The notes under the pieces were generated by a model. That model did not search any database and was not told the DNA's origin. It worked only from the letters and a program-made list of their open reading frames with translations. The translations under genes and the position numbers were made by a program. DNA of 62,245 bases, the filler included. It is 4 parts of 4 records of this genome, joined end to end, with 100 filler letters (N's around TTAATTAATTAA, not from the genome) between each part and the next. Parts side by side here need not be neighbours in the genome. Positions count along the whole stretch, not along the records: positions 1 to 21,580 come from SRR31156797_466; 3 more parts are not named here. One strand, written 5' to 3'. Below are positions 1 to 8,487 of the stretch, piece after piece; positions within the stretch are counted from its first letter, which is position 1; every line of letters begins with the position of its first letter.

Positions 1-360
1 GTGGGTCAAGAAGCGAAGCAATTCACCAAAAATGCGGCCAAAGAACTGGTCTGGCAATGGCTCTTTCCGGGGAAGTCATTAACCTTTTTGCCCGATGAAA
101 AGGTCCTCAGACGGTATCATCTTCACGAAACGAATCTTCAAAAGGCGATAAAAATGTCGGTCAACAAGTCAAGAATCCCTAAACGTGCTTCCGCCTATAC
201 CTTCCGCCACAGTTTTGCCGGTCATTTGCTACAGGCCAATTATGATATTCGGACCATTCAGGAGCTGTTGGGTCACAGCGATGTAAGGACCACCATGATT
301 TACACCCACACCATCAAAAGCCAGACAATCAAAGAGGCGAAAAGCCCTCTTGATTTGTAG
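1..360 (+). CDS. intI: Integron-type tyrosine recombinase (IntI-like), C-terminal part; 5' end outside window
   Basis: Contains WQWLFP...[15 protein letters not shown], resembling the IntI-specific insert. Box II reads [12 protein letters not shown]...[23 protein letters not shown] with the catalytic Tyr present. Confidence 0.85.
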   Translation: MGQEAKQFTKNAAKELVWQWLFPGKSLTFLPDEKVLRRYHLHETNLQKAIKMSVNKSRIPKRASAYTFRHSFAGHLLQANYDIRTIQELLGHSDVRTTMIYTHTIKSQTIKEAKSPLDL

Positions 361-970
361 GAGGTTAAAATATGGACAACCGGCGGGGAACATTCAACCA
401 GGCCAAGGCATGAAGTCAATTCTCCTGTTGTTGGAAGGGCTGCATCCCTTTGATGCGCTTGAGTTCCCATTTCAGCCATGCACCGCAAAAAGCCATTTCC
501 AGAAAGGCCGATGGATGCCGGCACCAGGGTGCCGTAAGCCCCCACCACCAGATAGGTGATGAGCATGTTGACGGACAGAAGGAGATAGGTAAAGCCGGAG
601 GGCAGACCGATGGCACCTGCATGTCGACCTCCGTTACTGTTCTCCAGTGGTTTATCACTGTTGGTCGAGGGCCGCTGTCGTTTCATTGGCAAATGTGCGT
701 TCGCCGCTTATAATACTTAGTGTGAAATTTTACTGAATGAAAGTTGTATTTGCAAACCAACTTTTTTCAAATATCCTTCTTGTGCTTTTCTTTCAGCAGT
801 TGTAATTACTAAAGATGGTTGAGAATGAGATTCGTTTTTTCGGAAAGCGGGAATTTGGATGCCTTTCTCAAAGTAACTTCTCCCAGAGCGCAGGGGGGAG
901 TTATCAGGGGGCAGGATGAAAGCTGGTTTTTCTGCACCCTGACAACTGCACCCTCGAAAGACAGAGCATC

Positions 971-3900
971 ATGGATAATAAAATTCAATCGGAAGCGCTG
1001 GAAGTCAATTTGGAAGAAACGCGAAAAATCAAGGTTCATGTCCCCGAACCGTATCGTGAATTCATCCATCTCTCCTCATCCCATTTTGGTATCCATGAAC
1101 GGGCCCTCAGGTGCATGACCGAATACCACCACCCCTATGCCAACCATGGTTTTGTGGTGGCGGAGCTCAGGAAAATTGTCCTGAATGATTTCTGGTTTTA
1201 CGGGGATCTTGAAAAATCGGATGAAGCCTTCCATATCATGGTTGAGAGCCTGGGCGGTCTTCTATCATCCGATATTGACGAGAAACTCAAGGAAACCATT
1301 GTCAGGACCCTGGTGGAATTCATAGATCGCCTGGCGGATTCTCCGGCAAAACATAAAAAGGTTGTCGAAGCTTGTATGGATTTACTGGAAGAAACCCTGG
1401 TGGAAAACCGCCATATTTTTATCTGCTGTTCCGCTTTTTTTAAGAAGCATCTCGGTAAGAGTGCACATCTCGATGTTTTCAAAGAGGACATATTTCATTT
1501 AACCAGGGAGGTTCTTAAAGTAAATATTAATTTTTGGCAGGGAACCACAAAAATTGAACGGTGGTACCGTGAAAATGAAAGCATCTTCCACCGGGATTAC
1601 ACTACCGTCATTGCGCAGCTCGGAAATGAATATTTTACGGATCTTCAACATAAACTAAAAATTTCGGATACCTTTGATACCTTGATTCAAAATGTTCCTT
1701 CTTATGGAGATATCGCCAATAATTTCAGACAACTGAGCGATAGCTTCGACAAATTTATTGAAAAATTCTATTATACTTTCTATCTCCTCTATCTTCCGGG
1801 AATGTCCGGCCTGAAAGATCGCCTGATCCGTGATATCAATTTCCTGCTGGCAAGGGTGGTGGGGGAGATCGATCTGAGTGAGATATTCGAATTTCTGGAC
1901 AAAATATTCGATATGTTCAGGGTGTTTCGACGGCACCATACCTCTCCCATCCTAAACTGCATCGCCACCCTCGGCAAGAAGATCATTGATATTGACCATT
2001 CGGAGGACAAATTCCGGGTCAATTATTTTGAAAAAAAACTGATTGATTTCGGATTCGAGTTTCCCGGTATCGTTTATGTGGATGAAGACTGGAAAACCCA
2101 TGTTAATAGAAACCATCTGAAAAATATCAGGGTCTGGCTTGAAATATTAAAATACGGGTCCTCCATTCCGGAAAAACTGCTGTCTGCTTTAATCGTCAAT
2201 TTACGTCTTGGGGGGGTCTATATCTCCGACACGGATCTTTTTCAGCGGGATATCACCAATCTCCTGAATTCCAATATCTTGCCGTTTTATAAGAAGGTAA
2301 AGCAACTCTCCTTCATCTTTCCGGTTTATTTTAATGAAATCGGCGCTGAGGGTGAAATCCGCCATGTGACCACGTCCATGGATGAATTATCCCACCGAAA
2401 TGACCGGTTGATCCATTTCTTGAGGAAACAGGTCCACATTGAGGGGAACAACACCCTCATCGAGATGACCCGCAAAATATTTTATTTCTGGCACGATGGG
2501 GATTTGGAAGCGCTGAAAAAAGGATTTCCCAGGGACGTATACGATGCCATAGATTTGAAGGGGAGATGGTTCGCGCCCATGCATGCTCTCCTCAAGGCTC
2601 TTTGTGACAAACAGGGTTGCGACCCCGGAAAATTTCTGAACATGGAGCAGACGGATCTGGAGCGGGTGCTGTTATCGGTTCCGGAAAAAAATGAGATTGA
2701 TGGGAAAAGATTTCTGTATATCTGCCGTCTTCATGCCCTGCTCCGGGAGAAATATTCTTTCGATACGGTCAACATGGTTTCCATTCTGGAGCGATACAGA
2801 TTCTTGAACAAAGAGGATATCTCCGGTTTTAAGCGTTGTCTGGAAGAGAATGACCATTCCGGGGCTCTGAGGAAGGTTTTTTTGTTTATGGGAAGCCTCA
2901 AGGGGAGAATCCTGGATCCCGAAACCAGCGAAGCGTGGGAAAACATCTATTATAAGCGCCACGTGGCCTTTGGAATTCCTTCCATGTACGGTGTTTACCG
3001 CGAAACAAAGTTTGAGGCCATGGGGCTCATTTTCAGGCTGGAGCGGGTGGCCGCCAATTTAATGGATCGCATTATCGGCCGTATCAATCTGAACTATATA
3101 TCCGCCACCACCCTGGATCGCATCTACAAGGTGCTTGTATTTTTTAAAGAGGGTATGGAACTGGACGGTATCAGCAATGAGGGGTTTAACAGCAACCTTC
3201 AGATGTTTCGATACAGCCTCACTTCTTCCACTTTCAGTCTGGGGCAGTATACCAATATTTTTGAATTCATGTCGGAACGGATTCGAGAAATCATCAATGA
3301 ATATTTCATCCGATCCTATGAGTATCCCCTGAATGTGATTGTGCCGCAGCTTTTCATGAAAGATCCGGACCTTTCAAGTGAGGAGAAAAATAGAATCCTT
3401 TTGCAGAAGACGGAAGAATTCAATCGGGAAATGATATCCAACTGTTTTCTCCTGCAGAAATTCGACGGTTTTATTGCCGGTATTTTAAAAACACTTCACA
3501 ACATGGTGGACAATTTCACCCCGGATATTATCAACAGTATCATGCGGTACAATCCCGATCTGATTTTAAGCCCTTTCAATGAAAAATCGCCCAAAATGGA
3601 CAACAAGGTCTTTGTGGGTGAAAAGGGGTATTTTTTAAAAAAACTTTTCGAGGCCGGTATTCCCGTGCCGCCGGCCTTTGTTTTGACCACCGAGGTGTTT
3701 CGTGAACGCCATGCCATCTACCAGCACCCGAAGTTGAAGGCTGAACTGGACAAAAAAATCGGGCTTCAAATCAAAAAACTGGAAAAACTGTGCGGCAAGG
3801 AATTCGGAAATCCCCAAAACCCGCTTTTGTTGTCCGTGAGGTCCGGCGCTGCCGTTTCCATGCCCGGTGCCATGGTGACTTTTATCAATGTGGGGATGAA

Positions 3901-5125
3901 CGACGAGATTGCCGCACAATTGAGCCTGGAACCCGGGTTCGGGTGGGCCGCATGGGATTCCTACCGCCGCCTGCTGCAAAACTGGGGAATGGCCCATGAT
4001 ATTCAGAGGGATGTTTTTGACAAGGTCATTTCCGACCACAAAAATAAATACCGGGTGAAATACAAAACAGGCCTGAGTGTTGAGCACATGAAAGAGCTGG
4101 CTTTCGCTTACAAAGATGTGCTTCGGAAGCACCACAAAGAGTTTGAGCAGAATCCCTTGCGGCAATTGGAAAAAGCCATTTCCATTGTCTTTGATTCCTG
4201 GTCATATGAGCAGGCGAAAGTTTATCGTGAGTACCTCAGGGTGTCGGAGGACTGGGGAACTTCGGTGATTGTTCAGCAGATGGTTTTCGGCAATCGCAAC
4301 GAAATGTCGGGCTCGGGGGTTGTTTTTACCCATAACCCCACCCGCGGCAGGCCCGGTGTTCATCTTTACGGTGATTTCAATTTAAGCAGCCAGGGGGAAG
4401 ATATCGTATCCGGCTTGGTTCATTCATTGCCCGTGGGGAAGACCCAGCGGAAGCAGCTGAAATTGGAGGGTACGTCCCTGCAGGAATCCTTCCCCGACAT
4501 TTATAAAAGAATACATGCCCTTGCCAGGGATTTGCTTGAGAATCTCGGATTCGCTCATCAGGAAATTGAATTCACCTTTGAATCGGAAAAGCCTGAAGAC
4601 CTCTATATCCTTCAGGTTCGCAACCAGAATATCAGATGCGACACCCATCTGAAAGTGTTTGAAAGCAATCAGGAAGATATGGCCCTTGTGGGCAGGGGTA
4701 TCGGCATCGGAGGGGGTGCCCTGAGCGGAATTCTGGCATTCGGAGATGATGACCTGGCGCTTTTTGCCGAAAAATATCCGGAGAAAAAAACCATCCTTGT
4801 GAGGCCCGATACGGTGCCGGATGATATCGGCATGATTTTCAAGTGCGACGGTCTTTTGACGGCCAGGGGGGGCATTACGAGCCATGCGGCGGTGACGGCA
4901 ACCAAAATCGGAAAAATCTGTATCGTCAATTGTGCGGATCTATTTGTAAACGAAACCAAAAAGGAATGTACCATCGGCGGGAACCTTTTCAAAGTGGGCG
5001 ATGACATTTCCATCGACGGTCATCGCGGAAATATCTATCGGGGTAGTTACCCCATCAAGACGACCAAAATTGTTTTTGACACACGGGATAAATATTCAAC
5101 GGATGTATGTGAAGGAGGTGTCTAA
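971..5125 (+). CDS. Pyruvate phosphate dikinase-like protein: ~870-aa N-terminal region + ATP-grasp + phospho-His domain, no C-terminal pyruvate-binding barrel
   Basis: PPDK motifs GEKG, LLLSVRSGAAVSMPG, VQQMVFGN, SGSGVVFT, QGEDIVSG, LYILQVR and GLLTARGGITSHAAV. The ORF ends ~80 aa after the His motif. Confidence 0.85.
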   Translation: MDNKIQSEALEVNLEETRKIKVHVPEPYREFIHLSSSHFGIHERALRCMTEYHHPYANHGFVVAELRKIVLNDFWFYGDLEKSDEAFHIMVESLGGLLSSDIDEKLKETIVRTLVEFIDRLADSPAKHKKVVEACMDLLEETLVENRHIFICCSAFFKKHLGKSAHLDVFKEDIFHLTREVLKVNINFWQGTTKIERWYRENESIFHRDYTTVIAQLGNEYFTDLQHKLKISDTFDTLIQNVPSYGDIANNFRQLSDSFDKFIEKFYYTFYLLYLPGMSGLKDRLIRDINFLLARVVGEIDLSEIFEFLDKIFDMFRVFRRHHTSPILNCIATLGKKIIDIDHSEDKFRVNYFEKKLIDFGFEFPGIVYVDEDWKTHVNRNHLKNIRVWLEILKYGSSIPEKLLSALIVNLRLGGVYISDTDLFQRDITNLLNSNILPFYKKVKQLSFIFPVYFNEIGAEGEIRHVTTSMDELSHRNDRLIHFLRKQVHIEGNNTLIEMTRKIFYFWHDGDLEALKKGFPRDVYDAIDLKGRWFAPMHALLKALCDKQGCDPGKFLNMEQTDLERVLLSVPEKNEIDGKRFLYICRLHALLREKYSFDTVNMVSILERYRFLNKEDISGFKRCLEENDHSGALRKVFLFMGSLKGRILDPETSEAWENIYYKRHVAFGIPSMYGVYRETKFEAMGLIFRLERVAANLMDRIIGRINLNYISATTLDRIYKVLVFFKEGMELDGISNEGFNSNLQMFRYSLTSSTFSLGQYTNIFEFMSERIREIINEYFIRSYEYPLNVIVPQLFMKDPDLSSEEKNRILLQKTEEFNREMISNCFLLQKFDGFIAGILKTLHNMVDNFTPDIINSIMRYNPDLILSPFNEKSPKMDNKVFVGEKGYFLKKLFEAGIPVPPAFVLTTEVFRERHAIYQHPKLKAELDKKIGLQIKKLEKLCGKEFGNPQNPLLLSVRSGAAVSMPGAMVTFINVGMNDEIAAQLSLEPGFGWAAWDSYRRLLQNWGMAHDIQRDVFDKVISDHKNKYRVKYKTGLSVEHMKELAFAYKDVLRKHHKEFEQNPLRQLEKAISIVFDSWSYEQAKVYREYLRVSEDWGTSVIVQQMVFGNRNEMSGSGVVFTHNPTRGRPGVHLYGDFNLSSQGEDIVSGLVHSLPVGKTQRKQLKLEGTSLQESFPDIYKRIHALARDLLENLGFAHQEIEFTFESEKPEDLYILQVRNQNIRCDTHLKVFESNQEDMALVGRGIGIGGGALSGILAFGDDDLALFAEKYPEKKTILVRPDTVPDDIGMIFKCDGLLTARGGITSHAAVTATKIGKICIVNCADLFVNETKKECTIGGNLFKVGDDISIDGHRGNIYRGSYPIKTTKIVFDTRDKYSTDVCEGGV

Positions 5126-6366
5126 TGTTTGATAATCAGAATCTTCTGGGCATTAACGGTCTGGGCCGGATTGCGAAGTTGACCTTGTGGGAACAGATCC
5201 GGTTAAGACACTTTGATGGATTCGTTATAAATATCGGGCGGGAAGTGGGAACCGGGCTTGATGCGGTGGTCCACACCATTGAAAGGGATTCCACCTACGG
5301 TACCCTTAAACGGTTTTTGTATGGGTACTCGGAAAATACCTTTCATATCAAAATTCCGGACCGGGAAAAAGGGCTCATTGAAATTGACGGGATGCCGGTA
5401 ACCATTCTAAGGTCCGCCCGGAACCCCCAGGATATCAGCTGGCGTCAATACGGGGTGCGGCTGGTGGTAGACTGCACGGGGGTCCACAAGGATCCCACCC
5501 TGCCTTCGGGGGGCGGGAAACCGAGCGTTCGGGGACACCTGGCTGCCGGGGCTGAGAAGGTGATTATCAGTGCTCCCACCAAAATTGCCGATAAGGCCGC
5601 GAAAATGCCCGATGATTGCGGCATGTTTATTTACGGCATCAACCACCTTGATTTTGACCCCCAAAGGCACCATGTGATTTCCGCTGCCAGCTGTACCACC
5701 ACCGGTTTGAGCCACATGATGAAACCTTTGCTGGAAAACAGCGAAACCAACAAGATCCTGACGGCATCCATGTCCACCATCCATGCGGCTACGGGCACCC
5801 AGAGCATCCTGGATTCGTCCCCCAAGAAAGGGGCCGGGGATCTCCGGAAGAACCGTTCTATTTTCAACAATATCATCCTGACATCCACGGGAGCGGCCAA
5901 GGCCCTGGAGAAGGTTTTGCCTGAAATCCAGCGGTTCGGCTTCATGGCGGATTCGGTTCGCATCCCCACCAACACAGCGTCCCTGATCGTCTTGAACGTC
6001 ACCTTTTCGTCACCCATGAATGATTCCGGCGGACCGGTGGTGAATCGCGCGTTCCTGAACAATATTTATGAAGAGGCCGCTGCCGGTTCCCAGAAAGGGT
6101 TGCTCGTTTTCAGCGAAAAACAGAATGTTTCAGCGGACATTATCGGTTTTCAGGCGTCCGTGGTCCTGGAAGGCCACGATACGCACACCCGTACCGGGTT
6201 CCTGAACATTCCATCGGAGATGTTGACCCAGTGCGGTGTGAAAGAGGCCTATGATGTGAGGCTGCCGGTGACCCACGCGAAAATTTTCGGATGGTACGAC
6301 AACGAATACGGCAGCTATGTGTACAGCTTGGGCAAGCTCACGGTCTATATTGACAAGCACATGTAG
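5125..6366 (+). CDS. gap: Glyceraldehyde-3-phosphate dehydrogenase family protein (long, divergent form)
   Basis: Motifs GINGLGRI, DSTYG, VVDCTG, ISAASCTTT (catalytic Cys) and WYDNEYG. RBS GAAGGAGG; TAATG overlap with the upstream stop. Confidence 0.88.
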   Translation: MFDNQNLLGINGLGRIAKLTLWEQIRLRHFDGFVINIGREVGTGLDAVVHTIERDSTYGTLKRFLYGYSENTFHIKIPDREKGLIEIDGMPVTILRSARNPQDISWRQYGVRLVVDCTGVHKDPTLPSGGGKPSVRGHLAAGAEKVIISAPTKIADKAAKMPDDCGMFIYGINHLDFDPQRHHVISAASCTTTGLSHMMKPLLENSETNKILTASMSTIHAATGTQSILDSSPKKGAGDLRKNRSIFNNIILTSTGAAKALEKVLPEIQRFGFMADSVRIPTNTASLIVLNVTFSSPMNDSGGPVVNRAFLNNIYEEAAAGSQKGLLVFSEKQNVSADIIGFQASVVLEGHDTHTRTGFLNIPSEMLTQCGVKEAYDVRLPVTHAKIFGWYDNEYGSYVYSLGKLTVYIDKHM

Positions 6367-6392
6367 CAAAGCCGGAAGGGAAAAATTACAGT

Positions 6393-7904
6393 ATGCCTGA
6401 ATCCAATCCCATCTATAACCGCATCAATAACCTGGAACAACATTTGGAAGAAGAAAACCCCGTACTGGTGGATGTGGTCAGGAGTTTCAGAGAACTTGAT
6501 CTGGTGAGCCGGCAAATGGGTTTTTTTAGTAAAGAGCAATCCCATGCCTTCAGTGTGCCCTGGTGGCCTCTCATATCGGTATTAGGGGTCTATTCCTCGG
6601 GAAAATCGACTTTTATCAACCGCTATCTGGACTACAGCTTGCAGGATACGGGCAACCAGGCGGTTGATAACAAATTCACGGTGATCTGTTTCAGCGATGA
6701 AGACAGGATCCGGCAGCTCCCCGGGCTGGCCCTGGATGCGGACCCACGGTTTCCCCTGTACAAAATCACCGAAGCCATTGATGAGGCCACCCCCGGAGAG
6801 GGGCGGCGGGTGGACGCTTACCTGCAGCTGAAGACATGTCCCAGTGAAAAACTTCGGGGTAAGATCATTATCGATTCTCCCGGATTTGATGCCGATGCAC
6901 AGCGGACGGCGACGCTCAGGATTACCAACCACATCTTGGATTTATCGGATCTTGTGCTGGTTTTTTTTGATGCCCGTCATCCGGAGTCGGGCTCCATGAG
7001 GGATACCCTTGAAACCCTCGTTAAGGGGACCATCCGCAGAAATGATTCCGATAAATTCCTCTATATCCTCAACCAGATCGATATGACGGCCCGTGAAGAC
7101 AACCCTGAGCAGGTGTTTGCCGCCTGGCAACGGGCCCTGGCCCAGAAAGGGATGACGGCCGGGCGGTGCTACACCATTTATGATACGGAAGCCGGCATGC
7201 CCATTGAGGACGAGGGGTTGCGGGAGCGGTTTTTGCGCAAACGGGATGAGGATGTTGCCAGAATTCAGGATCGGATTGAGGAAGTCCGCGTGGCAAGGGC
7301 ATACCGTATTGTGGGTATGCTGGGTGAGCGGGCCGGCGTGCTGGAAAGGGAAGCCTTGCCCCGCATTCAGGCATTCCTTGAAAACTGGCGCCGCCGGGTG
7401 TGTTGGATGAACACTGCTTTTTTCGGATTTTTTCTGGTTAGCTTTCTGACGGTTACCCTCTGGGCGGGCTACTGGAACGGGTTTTCTTTGAAACTGCCCC
7501 ATATGAACGCCGTGATGGCCAACCCCTGGGGGAAATGGACGCTTGCGGCGTTTTTGGGGGTCCTGGTGGTTTATATCCATATGCGGGTCCGCCGATGGGC
7601 CGGTAAGCAGGCGGCCCGAAAAATACTGGCGGGAATGGATGAAAAGGAGAGTTACGAAAACTATATTCGCGCTTTTACAAAAAACACCCGCTGGTGGCGC
7701 ACTATTTTCAGGCGGAAGCCCGCCGGCTGGGGCCGCCGGAATATGGCCCGTCTGGCGAAGTTGGCATCGGATGCCAATGGTTATGTGCAGAAACTCAATG
7801 ATGTCTATGCCAACCCTGCCGGAAAAACGATAAAAGATGCCGAACCCGCTGAAATGACGGATGTGGGTTCGGAGGTGTGTTCCGAACCAGCTGTCCACAT
7901 ATAA
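6393..7904 (+). CDS. Dynamin-family (EHD-like) P-loop NTPase with two C-terminal transmembrane helices
   Basis: G1 GVYSSGKST, G3 IDSPG, LVFFD, G4-like LNQID. Hydrophobic segments FFGFFLVSFLTVTLWAGYW and WTLAAFLGVLVVYIHM. Confidence 0.8.
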   Translation: MPESNPIYNRINNLEQHLEEENPVLVDVVRSFRELDLVSRQMGFFSKEQSHAFSVPWWPLISVLGVYSSGKSTFINRYLDYSLQDTGNQAVDNKFTVICFSDEDRIRQLPGLALDADPRFPLYKITEAIDEATPGEGRRVDAYLQLKTCPSEKLRGKIIIDSPGFDADAQRTATLRITNHILDLSDLVLVFFDARHPESGSMRDTLETLVKGTIRRNDSDKFLYILNQIDMTAREDNPEQVFAAWQRALAQKGMTAGRCYTIYDTEAGMPIEDEGLRERFLRKRDEDVARIQDRIEEVRVARAYRIVGMLGERAGVLEREALPRIQAFLENWRRRVCWMNTAFFGFFLVSFLTVTLWAGYWNGFSLKLPHMNAVMANPWGKWTLAAFLGVLVVYIHMRVRRWAGKQAARKILAGMDEKESYENYIRAFTKNTRWWRTIFRRKPAGWGRRNMARLAKLASDANGYVQKLNDVYANPAGKTIKDAEPAEMTDVGSEVCSEPAVHI

Positions 7905-8047
7905 TCCCTGGTGTTTAAGGTGATGAATATGATTGTGGCGCACAACGCCGTGACAACTGGTTTCCTTACCCTTTTGCCGAGGCCCAAATATCACAATTCA
8001 TCATGTGTTTTTAATGAAGATCTTGTTATGGGAGTTGACGCATTCAA

Positions 8048-8233
8048 TCAGGCGGGACATGGCTTTGCTGTTTGATGAGGGTGTGCGGAATGTACGGTCG
8101 GTAAGGCCGGGTCAGGGTTAGTAGGGCGGAACTGCTCTTTTTCTTTCTTTAAATCAACAATAAGCCTTTCCAATTGTCGCTCATCTTCCCGAATACTTGC
8201 CAGAATTTCACTTATATCCAATATCTTTTCCAT
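8048..8233 (-). CDS. Small coiled-coil hypothetical protein (61 aa)
   Basis: ATG at 8233 preceded by a GAGAGG RBS; amphipathic helix MEKILDISEILASIREDERQLERLIVDLKKEKE. Confidence 0.45.
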   Translation of the reverse strand: MEKILDISEILASIREDERQLERLIVDLKKEKEQFRPTNPDPALPTVHSAHPHQTAKPCPA

Positions 8234-8487
8234 TACAGTGCCTCTCTTCATATGGGATACATTATTAATAACATGCAAGAATCGTGCGGGAAATTGAAAA
8301 GATTTCGATGGGTTTAAAAATTGACAAATATATCAATCAATTATTCGATATTCATGGGCGGGGGAGTACCCTATGAAACAAAATAATCAGTTTTTTATGT
8401 AGGTAAATTTTGACACATGTGTCGTTTTAGTGCATCATCCGTTTCTGATGTTAACCCTTTACGGTTTAAAGTGTAATTGAATATAAT

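Noticed and set aside
300-713. Several overlapping short ORFs after the integrase
   Set aside because: No recognisable motif. A frameshifted membrane-protein remnant on the minus strand is possible but cannot be supported.
6942-7994. 350-aa minus-strand ORF and other long antisense ORFs in contigs A and D
   Set aside because: These are shadows of well-supported genes on the opposite strand and carry no motifs.
7921-8003. Imperfect inverted repeat TGATGAATATGAT...ATCACAATTCATCA as an attC site or riboswitch
   Set aside because: It lacks properly placed RYYYAAC/GTTRRRY ends and any aptamer motif I recognise; more likely a hairpin between convergent genes.
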